Below are positions 12,022 through 24,228 of a DNA stretch of 64,000 nucleotides, piece after piece. Position numbers and translations under genes: made by a program. Source of the stretch: Ramazzottius varieornatus. Taxonomy: Eukaryota > Animalia > Tardigrada. The stretch is taken from NCBI GenBank assembly GCA_001949185.1, contig BDGG01000005.1:2953972-3017971 (forward strand), given 5' to 3'. The notes beneath the pieces were generated by a model. The model saw only the letters and a list, made by a program, of their open reading frames with translations. It was not told the origin of the DNA and ran no database searches. Every line of letters begins with the position of its first letter. The stretch's first letter is position 1.

Positions 12022-14437
12022 ATGTTGTACTTGACTATACTACCTACCTTGTTGGCGCTCGTCGCTTATGTCTTTGCGTCCCCGCTCGTTGGAGATACCC
12101 CAGTTACCGCTACCGTGCATTTGGAACCAAACGACAACTTCGTCACCGGAACGATCACGCTGAGACAACAAAACATGGCTCAGGGAATAACATTCACCGG
12201 ATCAATCGAAGGACTCAAGCCAGGTGAGTGAATGTTGAGCAAAACAAAATACTTTGATTGATACCTTTACGACGCAGAGTTGCTTACTGATAAGCTAGCT
12301 TCCTGTTTCCAGGAAAACATGGATTCCACGTGAGTACATTCGCAGACGATTCTGATAGCATAATCGTATAAGTACGCAACTAGCTTCCCGGGGCCGGCGA
12401 TTTGATGTTATCCTTTTTCAGTTCCACGAGAAAGGTGACACCGGTAACAACTGTATGAATGCTGGCGAACACTACAACCCATCGGGGAAGAACCATTCCG
12501 ATCCCCACGATCCCAATAGACATTTTGGAGACTTTGGTAACATCGAAGCCGACAGTAAGTTTCGATTTGCTGTTGATCAGAGTTATCATGAATGTCGGTC
12601 CGCCACCGCCATGTGGCAAATGCGGATATACCGCCCGTTTTAGCAGACTTGCTTCCAGCTATAAAATTAAGGCGTTCTGGGCTGGATCGTAGTGCAACTT
12701 CGAAACCAATCTTCCTTGGCCCGACATCCATCGTAAAATCGCCTGAAAATTACTGGCCAAATCTCTGCTTAGAAGAAGTCGAAATCGACATAAACCAGAG
12801 AAGGTGCAAAGACAAAAGTGCAACAACTTTCGCTAATTTCAGGGCCATTTCCGAATTTTGTTTTCAGGTTTTCATGGAAGTCATGCGTTATCTACTGTCC
12901 AAAAGAATGAGAGCAAGTCTTAATTGTAAGCTTCACAAAAAGAAGTCGAAATCTTGAACTTAGCGTTCACAACAAGAGCCAGAAGTTTTGCGGCAGGGAT
13001 TTTCGACAAAAAAGGCCAAATCGCTGGTATTACAGTCCCACGGCTTCTACCTGTGAGATTTGTTAGTTCAAACGCCGAAATCCAGCTTTGACCGATTCAT
13101 TTGTTCGCGGAATGGATTACCGTGCAGATTGTTTGAGACCGCTCAGCTGATCAGCTACAGAGTTGATTCCCTGATTAAGTTGAACATTAATAGGATATTT
13201 ATCAGTCAAGCGTACTTTCACAATATTGGCGAGCAGTCCCGTGGGAATCAGTGTTCAGCCGCAGAAGGAGCAATTGTCAAATCTCGCAGGTGGGACTGTA
13301 CTTTAAGGTGCCAATGATGCGGGACAGGTTTGGACCCGGGTGCGTGTAGAAAGACCGCGCGAATGGTGGGTGAAATATCTGGTCAACGTGCGTATCCATC
13401 AGCTGCTCGCTATGACATCACACATAACAGCCAATACTGCGCGTACCGGGGGGATTCTCTCCTCGAACCCGGACCAATCTTGTCCCACATCATCGGCACT
13501 TTAAAGTAATTCATTTGCCAAGTTTTCGAGGCAGTTGAGTAATCTAGTGTAACTTTTTATGATAACGTACAGTAGGTATTTGAACGTTTGTTAAGGTCAA
13601 ATTGGGGATTGATATTCAAACATGGAACTTTACAGACCTCGTTTTGTTCGTGACGAGCAGCCTTCCCCACCGGAAGTCCTACTAGTCATTTCTCCTAACT
13701 GTCCATTAATGTAGGTGAACCAGTTATAGCTCGGAGCCTTGTTCGGAAGAGCCTCCGATTCATTATACCGACCATATAACATTTGGGATCAGTCCTGGTA
13801 TGCTACAGAGCATTTTGGGTGCATTTTGGGTTCAGTAAAGGTTCATATATGTGACATATACGTCTATCGGACATGACTGTTACATACATGAACCATACAT
13901 GAACCCGTAATGGAACATTCACGTCCGATAGGCATATATGTCACANNNNNNNNNNNNNNNNNNNNNNNNNNNNNNNNNNNNNNNNNNNNNNNNNNACCCA
14001 AAATGCACCCAAAATGCTCTGTAGCAAACCAGGACTGATCCCAAATGTTATATGGTCGGTATAATGGATCGCAGGCTTTTTCGAACAGGGGAAGAAGCAG
14101 CATAAAAAGTTGTATGGAAAGTCTGAAGAACTGAACGGAAAAGAAACAGTCTAAATTTTCAAACGTCGAAGTTCGAGGTGGGAGCCAGTTTGCTTGACCG
14201 GGCAGTAATTAATTGAAAATATTGTCGGTAGGTTGGGGTGTGGCCAGAGTGGACGGTCTGATCGATCCCAAAAACCTGGTGTCCTTGTTCAACGCAAGCA
14301 ACAGTGTGATTGGACGAACCTTGGTGGTGCACACGTTGGAAGACGATCTGGGCAAAGGCGACAATGCGGAAAGCACGAAGACCGGTAACGCCGGTGGTAG
14401 ACTCGCTTGTGGTATCGTTGGGTATGACCAGAAGTAG
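12022..14437 (+). CDS. Secreted Cu/Zn superoxide dismutase B; exons 12022-12223, 12313-12329, 12422-12554, 14232-14437
   Basis: Signal peptide [19 protein letters not shown]; KHGFH|[42 protein letters not shown]; long last intron holds MITEs and the gap. Confidence 0.92.
13307..13500. mobile_element. Non-autonomous TIR element flanked by TTAA (Kolobok-like MITE) in SOD-B intron 3
   Basis: TTAA|GGTGCCAATGATGCGGGACAGG ... TTGTCCCACATCATCGGCACT|TTAA; ~35-bp imperfect TIR. Confidence 0.6.
13737..14090. repeat. Foldback (long inverted repeat) element spanning the assembly gap
   Basis: 13737-13831 is the near-exact reverse complement of 13996-14090; 50 N at 13946-13995. Confidence 0.8.
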
Positions 14438-14991
14438 TAAGACACTGAAAAGAATATATTCCACGCCATGCGGCTCGAATCTTACCTTACTAGACTACCA
14501 AATATTGATAGTTTTCGCAAGCTGAATTTCTCGGCGGTAGAAGACCTTGTTTGCTTACGTCCAGCCAGGAACACTTAGTCGAGTGTATTTTTCAATTGAT
14601 TTGCGATGGGCAAACTAAATTTGATTATTACTGAGCCCCCATTGAACTGTCTAGTATACTGTTTACTTGCGATGAATTTGAGGCTGCACTATATATAAGT
14701 TTTCGAGTTACAAGTTAAAAGTCGGTAAATACCTGTAGGCGATTATTGCAAGGATATTACATGGCCGGAAGTGCGTATTGGATAACAAGCGTTTGTGCGG
14801 CATTACACGTCTTCAAGTCTCAGCAAGCGCACTCATTCGACAGCGTAAACATACAAACTTGCCAATCACGTTATTAAACCAGCTCAGTCTTGTAATTCCG
14901 AGCACACATTGTTCTGAGCTCTACTTTTCCCACATTTGAGCCCTGTTCTGACTGCTTTTGGTTTCCTCGACAAAAATTTACCGCTAGAAAA

Positions 14992-15810
14992 ATGTTGTTC
15001 GCATGCTTGATTGCCGCCGTTTTTGGCTTATTGGCTTCCTCGTTCGCAACTCCGCTCGTAGGAGATACTCCGGTAACTGCCACCATCAGGCTGGAACCGA
15101 ATGTGAACTCCGTCAAAGGAACAATCACTCTCAAGCAGCAGAATGCACTCCAGCCGGTATCCTTTAGTGGAACGATTGAGGGACTGACACCAGGTACGTA
15201 TTCAAGCTGTTTACCGCAGTGTTCGATTAGCAGAATGCAACTCGAAGTTTGGGCGTTGTACAACACCGGCTTCATCGTTTGCCTAACTTTTAGGAAAACA
15301 TGGATTCCACGTAAGTCGATCGCAGTAACTCTACGGTTTAAAAACGCCCTTCGGCGAAAATAGCAACGTCTGCTGTCGATCTAGTTCCACGAGAAAGGTG
15401 ATACTGGTAACAAGTGCGTGGATGCCGGGCCCCACTTCAATCCGTCTGGACAGCAACATTCCGATCCTTACGACCCCAACAGACATTACGGAGATTTCGG
15501 AAACATTGAAGCCGACAGTAAAATTCTTTGGTCACTCACTGTACAGTGCACAAAATATTTGGACCTAACTCGCCACGTGGTCAAGGTGGGTTCTTTTTCA
15601 GGCCACGGTAGGGCGAACGTTGAAGGTACGATTGATCCTCTAAAGCTTATCTCTCTGTTCAACACAAGCGGAAGTGTGGCCGGACGAACATTGGTGGTAC
15701 ATGCTCTTGAAGACGATCTGGGCAAGGGTGGCAATGCTGAAAGCAAGAAAACCGGTAACGCTGGTGCCAGGCTGGCATGCGGAATCGTCCGGCTGGACAA
15801 GAAACAGTAG
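14992..15810 (+). CDS. Secreted Cu/Zn superoxide dismutase C; exons 14992-15193, 15294-15310, 15385-15517, 15602-15810
   Basis: Signal peptide MLFACLIAAVFGLLASSFA; same intron positions as SOD-B; KHGFH|FH, PHFNP, QHSDP, RHYGDFGN, VVHALEDDLG, GNAGARLACGIV. Confidence 0.94.
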
Positions 15811-16075
15811 CCTCTCATGAGAAGGAAGAATCGCGTAGAGACTATTACCGTGTTAAACGGGACGTCGGCTTTATATTTTTTAGCCTTGGCCATAGTTCTC
15901 AATTTTTCTGCTGTACCGGTCATTCCCCTTATTCGACACTAGTGCGGCAAATTTTTCTTTTTGGTTATGAAATTTTGATACGATGGTGGGCCACTGTCAT
16001 TCATGTCGTTTGTGAGTGGCGACCCCTATCGGTACCTAAGCATATATATACATAAACTGTACGAGGAGCTGGACC

Positions 16076-19000
16076 TAAGGTTGTAGATTCCTAGTCAAAG
16101 GTCCTTGGAATGGAAAACACGAAAGGAATTCCTAATATTCCTGTATTCCTATATTCCTTCTCCAATATTCAACGGCCAAATTTAGAAATTCCGAGAACGC
16201 CAGTTTTCATCGCATATGGATATGGAACCATACAGATAACAGAATACACTGCGAGATCATCAATTACAGATCTAAAGCTGATAGTTTTCAAAGAAAAGTC
16301 TCTACCGGCTTCCACGACGTAACATTTGACAAGCCTGGTCAAGCAAAGCAAATGACCAGTTCTAACAATAAAAACTAAACTGCAACCGTATAACCGAACA
16401 AGTGTTTCAGAGTACGGAAACCAGACGAAACCACTACCATTGCTACCTCTTCGGCATCATCTGCGTCAACTTCCGCGTCTTCCTCCAATAGCTCGGCCAT
16501 GAACTCATCGAACTCGACGGCGAGGGCTGGTACATGTGAATCCACCGAAGGCGTGGGATCTGCGACAGGTCCTGCGGTCTGAATGACATCCAGCACATCG
16601 TCCTTGGACTTGGCTTTCTCATTTACTCTGCAAACAAGGTAAAAGCGATGATTACTCGAAGATCGTAAGTCATGCTCAATTTTGTTGTATTGAAATTTTC
16701 GTTACTTAGGTGAAACTCGGTTTCTGGATGGAATAAACATGAGTGTTACACTCTTCAAGTAACCCCGCTTTTACCTTGAATCGCTTTCTTCTTCCGTTCT
16801 TCCTGCAGCTGCATCTTTACGGCACATATTCCTGTTACCAGGTCGACCTTCAGCAGATCGCGTGCATCTGTATACACACCCTTCATGCGAATCCACAGTC
16901 TTTCTACTCCAGCAGCGTGCGGGGATACTTTAAGGAGCAGTGTTGCCAAGTCTGCAAGCTCAGTATGTTCGGTTCGGACGTAAGACCAAAAGTCGAGAGG
17001 CTTCTCAATCAGGATGGTGCGTTCGCTCGCCACAGAGTGCTCGAGGAAGGTACTGTAGATGTCGGTCAGACATACACCAATCGCAGGAAGTGTACAGTCG
17101 TCACTTTCTGCATTTGCCTGGGCATCGAACAGTGGACGCAGAAGGGCCAGCACGTCTTTCAGGGAATCCCGGAACTGGCTGCTTCCAATGGCAGCCTTTG
17201 TGTCTCCGGGAAGGTAGTCCTCGTTGTCTCCGAACTTGACTGCGTAACTCTAACGTCAGAAACTCATTCAGTAGAGTACCCATAAGAGAGAGTTACACCG
17301 CCATATAGAATGGTAAGCCGCGGATCACCTCTAGTGCCATGGATGACTTCTGTACGTTGACGAAACTGAATTAATACGAGTACCATTGAGTGTGAGTTGG
17401 TCTTGGAAGTGAGATGGTTTTACTGTACAAAACGTCTTGCAGCTTAAAGAGTATTCCTAATGACTGATTGCTCACGCCAAGCCAACTGATGATGGAAAGA
17501 GCGCATTTATAGATTGCACAGAACTTCGGAAGGAACTTAAAGACATCTTGGAATATCAGATCGACCTGATGGGCACTGCACGGAAGAGATATAATTTTCG
17601 TATGAAGCTTCTTTAGGTCGGTTTTGGCTTTGCGATGAGCCCTGTCTGAATCACATGTTACCGCTTGGATTGTTCCGTTGTACTTTCCTCATGATCGCCA
17701 GAGCACTTTCAACTTGCTCAGTGACATGGTCGCCCGTATAACTAACGCCTGTAAGATTCTCGACTTTGCCAAAGTTGTGGTTCTCGGTGCTATTTTCTGT
17801 ACGGATGACGGCGACAAAACCTGCAGCGAAAAACGCCATATTTACAGAATAAAAACGTAATAAAAACTTTCGTAGAAGTTCTAGATAAGTTTTAGCGTCT
17901 TACCAAGCAGCTTATTCTTGGATACGTTCTTGACGCTATCGAAGGTTAAAGTCACAGTTGGCTGCCTACTGAATACTGTGCCGATCTCGGAAACAGCTTT
18001 CGATATTCTGTCCTTCACTACGGTTCGGAAGCTTGACACGTGGTCGGAGAAAGTTAATGAGTTCTACGAACGATTAATTTTCAACAGATCTGTAATACCG
18101 AAACCAAAAAAAATTAGTATCATTTTCATTAATATCGAGCGTAATGTAAGAATCAAATCGCGTAAGCTTTTACCTGAATGGCATATTACAGTCGAGGAAG
18201 GCACTGGCAAGCAGTCTTTCGAACTGGGACTTTTCGGAAGTCGTGAGAGGGCGGTCGACAAAGCCCATAAGGCTTCCTTGCGTGGTCGGGCGTTTCACGA
18301 ACAGGAGGTTGCCTTCAGCTGCTCTTTTCTCACACTTAGGTTGTTCAGTGTCCGGAACTCTATACTGTTTCTTGACTGCGGTACATGAACACATCCCAGC
18401 ACGTGCTTGACAAGGTAAGGCGACGTCCCATACTCCAAATATCTCTGCGTTGTGTTAGGGTTAATTACGACTGCAGATTGTTGTGGGGGTAATGTGTCTG
18501 ATTTCGTATCCGCTGAGTCGCATTCTGAACTTCCTCCTCGGTGGGATGATTGGGAGTTTGCGACCGCAAAGGTTTGGTCGAGTCAGTAAACAACTTTTTT
18601 TTCTCGTTCTGTTTTCCATTTTCCTTCTTTCGAGAAGTAGATGGTCCTGGTTTGGTCCTTGTCGCTCCAATACTCCACATTACCGTCTGGATACTTGCAT
18701 TGTTCGTCACCGTTGGGGTACACCTTCTTGGTCAGCATGTTGCCGTACTGGATTTCCCGGCTACCATCCACCAGGTTCTTCTCTGTTTGATTACTGCAAA
18801 GAACGATACCGTTCTGTCAACAGCGCTGTGGCTTCAGAAGTCATCCGGGTAGCCAGAAGTGCAGAAATCAAGCTGAAAGAAATAAACGGGACGTCGAAGT
18901 AGCCCACTACAGACAGCTAATACCTTAAACAGCTGTATTGCCCAGAGTCGACTCCGACTTAACCTTGAATTGCTACTTCAGAATTTGAGATCGTCCACCA

Positions 19001-21425
19001 AGATGTTCCACAGGATCCCCAAAGCAGCGAGGAAGTTAGCAGCCCAGAGCCTGACAGACAGAACCCCAAAGGTGGTCGAGCTGAATACTGATCTAGTCTG
19101 GCGAGAGCTTATCCTGTTCGCTCTTACGGGACTAAAGAAACCTGAACCGCAAAAAGGGAAGAAGCAAAACCTCACTTCAACAGTGAAGGAGACCCTTTCT
19201 AGGCCAAAGATGGTTGTAGGTTCAGCTGAGAAAGCGAAAAAAGGGAAGAATGACAGTACGGACGCAACACTCAAGAAGATCGTCGAAGGGAAGCTGAATG
19301 ATGCAGACATCCGTGGAGCCCTTAGAGTCCTGTCCTCCGAAGACATCGTTTTAAATGCCTTCGACGCGATCCATAGAGAAAAACTGTCGCAAACTGTCGC
19401 ATCCTCCCGAACTATCACTCTTCTGGCAATGCTTTAGGTTTCCTTCCAAGCTCATCTACGGACAGCACATCCTGGCTTCAGCAAGAGGAGTTCAGCTAGC
19501 GTATCTGTTTGGTCCTATGCTCTTCTGTCTGGCCATCGAAGCTCTCACCAAGAAGCTCACTTCTCCTTTCAACCTATGGTACTGGGACGATGGAACCATC
19601 GGTGGGGACTGCAGCAAGGTACTCGCGGACCTCTGCACGGTGATTTCCGAAGGGATGCGCATCGGTCTCGAGCTGAACCCGTCGAAGTGTGAGCTCTTCC
19701 TACAGGGTGGCACATCAGGAGAAAGAGAAAGGATACGGAGGGCATTCAGCTTGGTGTGTCCTGGGATCATCTTCCCGTCTCGCGCGGAACTCACCCTCCT
19801 CGAAGCTCCGCTACTACAAGAAGTCCTGGAGCCTGCCATTGAAGAGAAGAGAGGTAAGTTGTCTGTACTGTCATCAAGACTAGATCTTCTTTTCTCTTAC
19901 CAGGCGCTGTTTTTGCTGGAAAAACTGCCTGGAGCTCCCCAAGCTGCTCTACGTCCTTCGCTGCTCGCCCACCTGGAAGGTTCCTGCAGCATTGCAAGCC
20001 TTTGACGATTTCCTCCGTCGCAGCGTAGCAGAGATCTCGAACAACAGTATGGATGGCTCCACATGGCTTCAAGCTTCCTTGCCCGTTAGGGCATCAGACG
20101 CGCAGAGAGGATCGCGCTCCCAGCCTTTATGGCTTCCATCCACTCTGTGCAGGCGCTGGTGCTCTCCATCTACCCGGAAAACGACCTGGACAGCGTCGTC
20201 AACGGCGGACTGGACCACTGGCCACTTCTGACTTCGGCTGAATTGCCAGTTCCCGCTCTTCGCCGACAGCAGCGTGTCCGGGACCTGCCTATGGTGACGG
20301 AAGAATTCGGAAGTCCGATCGACCAAAGCGATATGACAAGCAGGGCTAGACTGATGGCTGTTTCGACAAAGACCTTCGGAACCTGGCTGCGCGCTCTGCC
20401 GGCTTCTTCACTTGGGAATCTCCTCGACGACAACACACTGCGGATCAGCGTTGGGCTGCGGCTAGGATCGAGATTATGTCAGCCAACATGTGCCGCTGTG
20501 GAGAAGTAGTCGACGAGTATGGGCTCCACGGTCTGAGCTGTCTAAAGAGCGCGGGACGCCACAGTAGGCACGCTAGTCTGAACGAATCGGTGCGAAGAGC
20601 CTTTGTTATAATATTTCAAACAGCGCTTGCCTCTTGACATACAGCGAGGTAATGCTTTTTGGGTTATGGGTACTGCGAAAGAGACTAAAGGACTCGAAGA
20701 AACATTTTACGTTCTGAATCTTAGGAAGGGAAGAACCGTGTCCACGTAACTTGTTGATTTTGATTTAGTGTTCGGTTTCATTGTGGTCTTCCTTTGAAGA
20801 AAAAGTTACTTGTTTGAATAAAGCAATCCTTAGCAGGTGAGACGGTTCTCCACGTAGCTCCTGGACTTTTTCGCTGGCCTTTACGTAGAACTTGCACGTC
20901 GCGACGCGATGATTCGTTTTCTTGTACTTCCCCTCGCCGCGGTCGAATTGTTCTCAAACTTTCAGCCTGCTGGCATCATTCTCCTCTGCAGTCCGGGTTG
21001 TGGGAGTGGTATTTCGTCGTCCAAAGAGTCCATAGCGCTATAATATTGCTGTGGAATGAACTTAGAAGGCTGGAAGAAAGCTTTCTATGGAAAAGAAATT
21101 TTCAGCGCGAGAACGGCACACAGTATCCCCTGGGGTAACAGCTGTGTCATGCTGCCACCCTTCGGTTGCGTTCGGTGCGTCTGCTGGAACCCATCGACGG
21201 TTGTTTCTAGGCTATGTAGATCGGTGGAACCATTCATTTCGGTTTCGTTAGTCGAAGATGGAATTCCTATAGAAAACTAGGAATTCCACATGTTATTTTC
21301 CAGCCCGATCTAGTATTCCAGATTTGGAATTCCATCGTTCCAAATCCTCGCGGCATGGAACGGAAAGAAATTCCAGGAATGGAACGGAATTTGGAATAGA
21401 ATGGAATTAGGAATTCACAACCTTA
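16076..21425 (-). mobile_element. hAT DNA transposon with a degenerate BED/DUF659-type transposase and nested insertions
   Basis: TIRs TAAGGTTGTAGATTCC / GGAATTCACAACCTTA (14/16); exact 8-bp TSD GCTGGACC at 16068-16075 and 21426-21433; GGAAT subterminal repeats; minus-strand remnants of BED finger (~20830-20980), TLTFDSVKNV, PCSAHQVDLIFQD and dimerisation domain (LDFW..SPHAAGVERLW). Confidence 0.92.
18790..20822 (+). mobile_element. CRE-like non-LTR retrotransposon (RT plus restriction-like endonuclease), degenerate copy 1, nested in the hAT; 5' boundary approximate
   Basis: RIPKAARKLAA N-region; RT motifs NAFD, GVQ..LFGPMLFCLAI, WYWDDG, GLELNPSKCE; CCHC CRCGEVVDEYGLHGLSC; 350-bp internal deletion relative to copy 2; ends at AATAAA. 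Confidence 0.85.
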
Positions 21426-22766
21426 GCTGGACCTAACTTTGTCGGCTGAAGCGCCGACAGCGATGAACGCTCCCGCTGCGCGCAACAAGCGAACTCTTCA
21501 CGAGTATCACCTCGTATACTAGCAGAAAGCTGGTATGATTCTGCCACTGGTTCAAACCGTCCGACGAGACTTACCATTCTTTATTGTCAGATTTTCTGGA
21601 GAAAGAATTCACGATGGCGTCGTGCAAGCTTGACAAGATCCTGTTCCTGAATGCCATGAATGGATACATGACTGAGCTGATGAGACGAGAAACAAGAAAC
21701 CAGTACAAGCTCATCAGTACTACAAAAGAGCGCATCATGCTGATCCAGTACCTGACCCAATACGTTGGATCATCCTTCCTGGAATCTAGCGATGGCGAAT
21801 GGGACATTGGTGAACAAGAGGAAGGAGGTTCACACAAACGTAAACGAAAGTCAAAGTTCGTGGCCGAGGCTGGTGACAAGGGACAGAAGCGAGGGTCTTG
21901 AAGCTGAACGCCGACGGTCGCTTCGTCAAACTCTCGAAGACCGGTAAACGCATTCTGTCTCTCGATGACAGCAGTGACGATGATGACAAAGCGTAGTTGC
22001 TGTAAAAAGCCGGCAATTTTGGTTGACTGTTTTGTCAGACGTTTCCATTCTATTTAGAGCTTTTTCTGAACCATTTGAACCTTAAGCTTGTTTTAGCATC
22101 TGCAAATTGTTTTAAATTAATTTGATATACCCAGCTTGTCTTGTTGTTTAATTTACGTTCTAGTCGGTTGTTGTCGGTTGTTTTCACTTAGGTTATTCTT
22201 GAGTGAAATTCTCAGGTGTACTTTTGGTGAATTTCTCTCTTGTCGGATTTTTTCTATAGGCTGCCTGATCGGTATATTTATTTTTTATCATCTGTTATTG
22301 TGAAATTTGTCATTGTTGCAGGCTTGTAGTCTGTTTGATTGATCCTCGGTTTTAATAGTGCACAGTCATGTTTCGGCGGTTTATAACAATACGCAGACAA
22401 TAGAACGTCAGCAATAGGAACAGTGCGGTCAAGCTAACGGTATCAATGTAGTTATACCCCATATCCTGAACGGGTTGGACCGTGTGGACCAGAGCCGTTC
22501 CACCTCTGCAACTAAAAGGTTTTCACCCAGGAGATTAGTAATCTATCGTTATGGATATGAACATGAGTAATGTGCGTTCAAGAAACAGGTTCGAAAGTGA
22601 TCGGGGTATGGAACAAAAGCTCTACCAGATAGGTTTTCGCGTTAGCTTACTCAAATACCGTGCGGAACATGGGGTGCAGAACTCAGCAACGAGCAGGAGG
22701 TAGACGATGCAGGAAAAACTCGACAGAAATCAACTGTGTTTCAAACGGGGTGTAATTATTACACAA

Positions 22767-23394
22767 ATGTCAAAATCGATTCGGGAAAAGCAAAGTTGCT
22801 GCGAGAGGCTGTTAACGATGTCGTCTTCAAAGGTATAAGTGTCAGAGCCAGCGCCCAACTTCAAAAGACTCACAAATCTACTCTCTCGCGAACTGATCGA
22901 TCCCGCTGCTGCTCGACACCCGTAAGCCAGGAAACTTGGAAGCTGCCGTCTTCGAGGTTCTTGGAAAGGGCATGGGCGTCGCCAAAGCTGCGAAACTTCA
23001 TGCCGTGTGTCACGGGAGGTTGAAAAAGCGGTTGTGCGAACTTGGCTACGTAATGAAAGGTTCGGGTCAGGGAGAAAAGCGGATCAAGGCGCCAGTCAGC
23101 TTTGAGAACAACAAAGCAGAACCGACCGCAACAGGTATCAACAGTCTAGCAAGTCAGGAAGAAAAGGAATGGACCGAAGACAAAGAAGGACGAAACGGGC
23201 ATGCCCAGCCAGCGGCACAGAAAGAGGAAGTGTCCGAGGAAGCGGAGCCTGGCGTTCCAGAAGTGGAAGAGATCGAGAGAATTGCCGACACTCATCTGAA
23301 GCGGCAGTACTTGGTCAAATGGCAAGGAGAGGAAGAGGCAACATGGGTGGATGAAGATGTCTTCTTGGGACTTACCAACTTGCAGATTAAGTGA
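22767..23394 (+). pseudogene. Frameshifted remnant encoding two pipsqueak-type HTH motifs and a C-terminal chromodomain-like segment
   Basis: LLREAVNDVVFKGISVRASAQLQKTHKSTLSR and LEAAVFEVLGKGMGVAKAAKLHAVCHGRLKKRL in different frames; EEIERIAD..QYLVKWQGEEEATWVDE. Confidence 0.6.
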
Positions 23395-24228
23395 CGGTCG
23401 CTCAAATTAACACGCTAAACTGTTGTGCCGCTATCGGATCATAATCAGCTGTATATGACATGTTTCCGAGCAAGGTACTGTTTCAGTGTGCTTTTGTCAC
23501 GGTACCCAGAAAAGCTTCACGAAAATGGTTGGCTGTTTCAGACCCGTAGCAGCCCCAACCCTATCCCTTGCCCAAGTTTCGTCTTCTGTGTCCCTAACCC
23601 CAGGGCGCTGAGTGACTTTGCCCAGCATAACCATACCTCACCCTTAACAAATAACAAGACATCATGCAAATGCGGGTGGTATATCAGGGAAAGCAGACAG
23701 CTAGCGTTTCGGTTACCGGTGAGGTTTTTCTAAGCTGCAGAACGTGGAATGAACACGGGGGTACATCGTGGAACAGTACAAGCGCTGCAACCGGAAACTG
23801 AGTTTCTCAGTTCCCAGGCTGGTTTCGAACTTAGGAAGGCAGCTGTTGCTTTGACAAATGCGAGTATGTGAACAGGACTGGGCTCATTTTTGTCATAAAG
23901 TAACTGAGCAACGTAGAAAACTGTAGTTTTTTGTCCAAGTATTAGCAGACACACAGGCGAGCCGCAAGATTGATTGAGAGAATTGTACCGTCCAATGTTA
24001 ACCCCTGTTGATAGCGCATCTGTAATAAATTCCGTATTGATCCTTGTCAGTGCCAACGAAGATGATGCGCTTGGCATGTGGTACTAACTACGTATGCGAG
24101 ATCCGTACTTCCGACCACGCTCTGTACTAGCTATCTTGTCGGCCACCGACTCGGTGGCTCCCTCCACCAGCCTCCAGCTCCATCTGATGGTGATATTATT
24201 ATGCAGCGTATGCAGAGAATCTCTGAGC

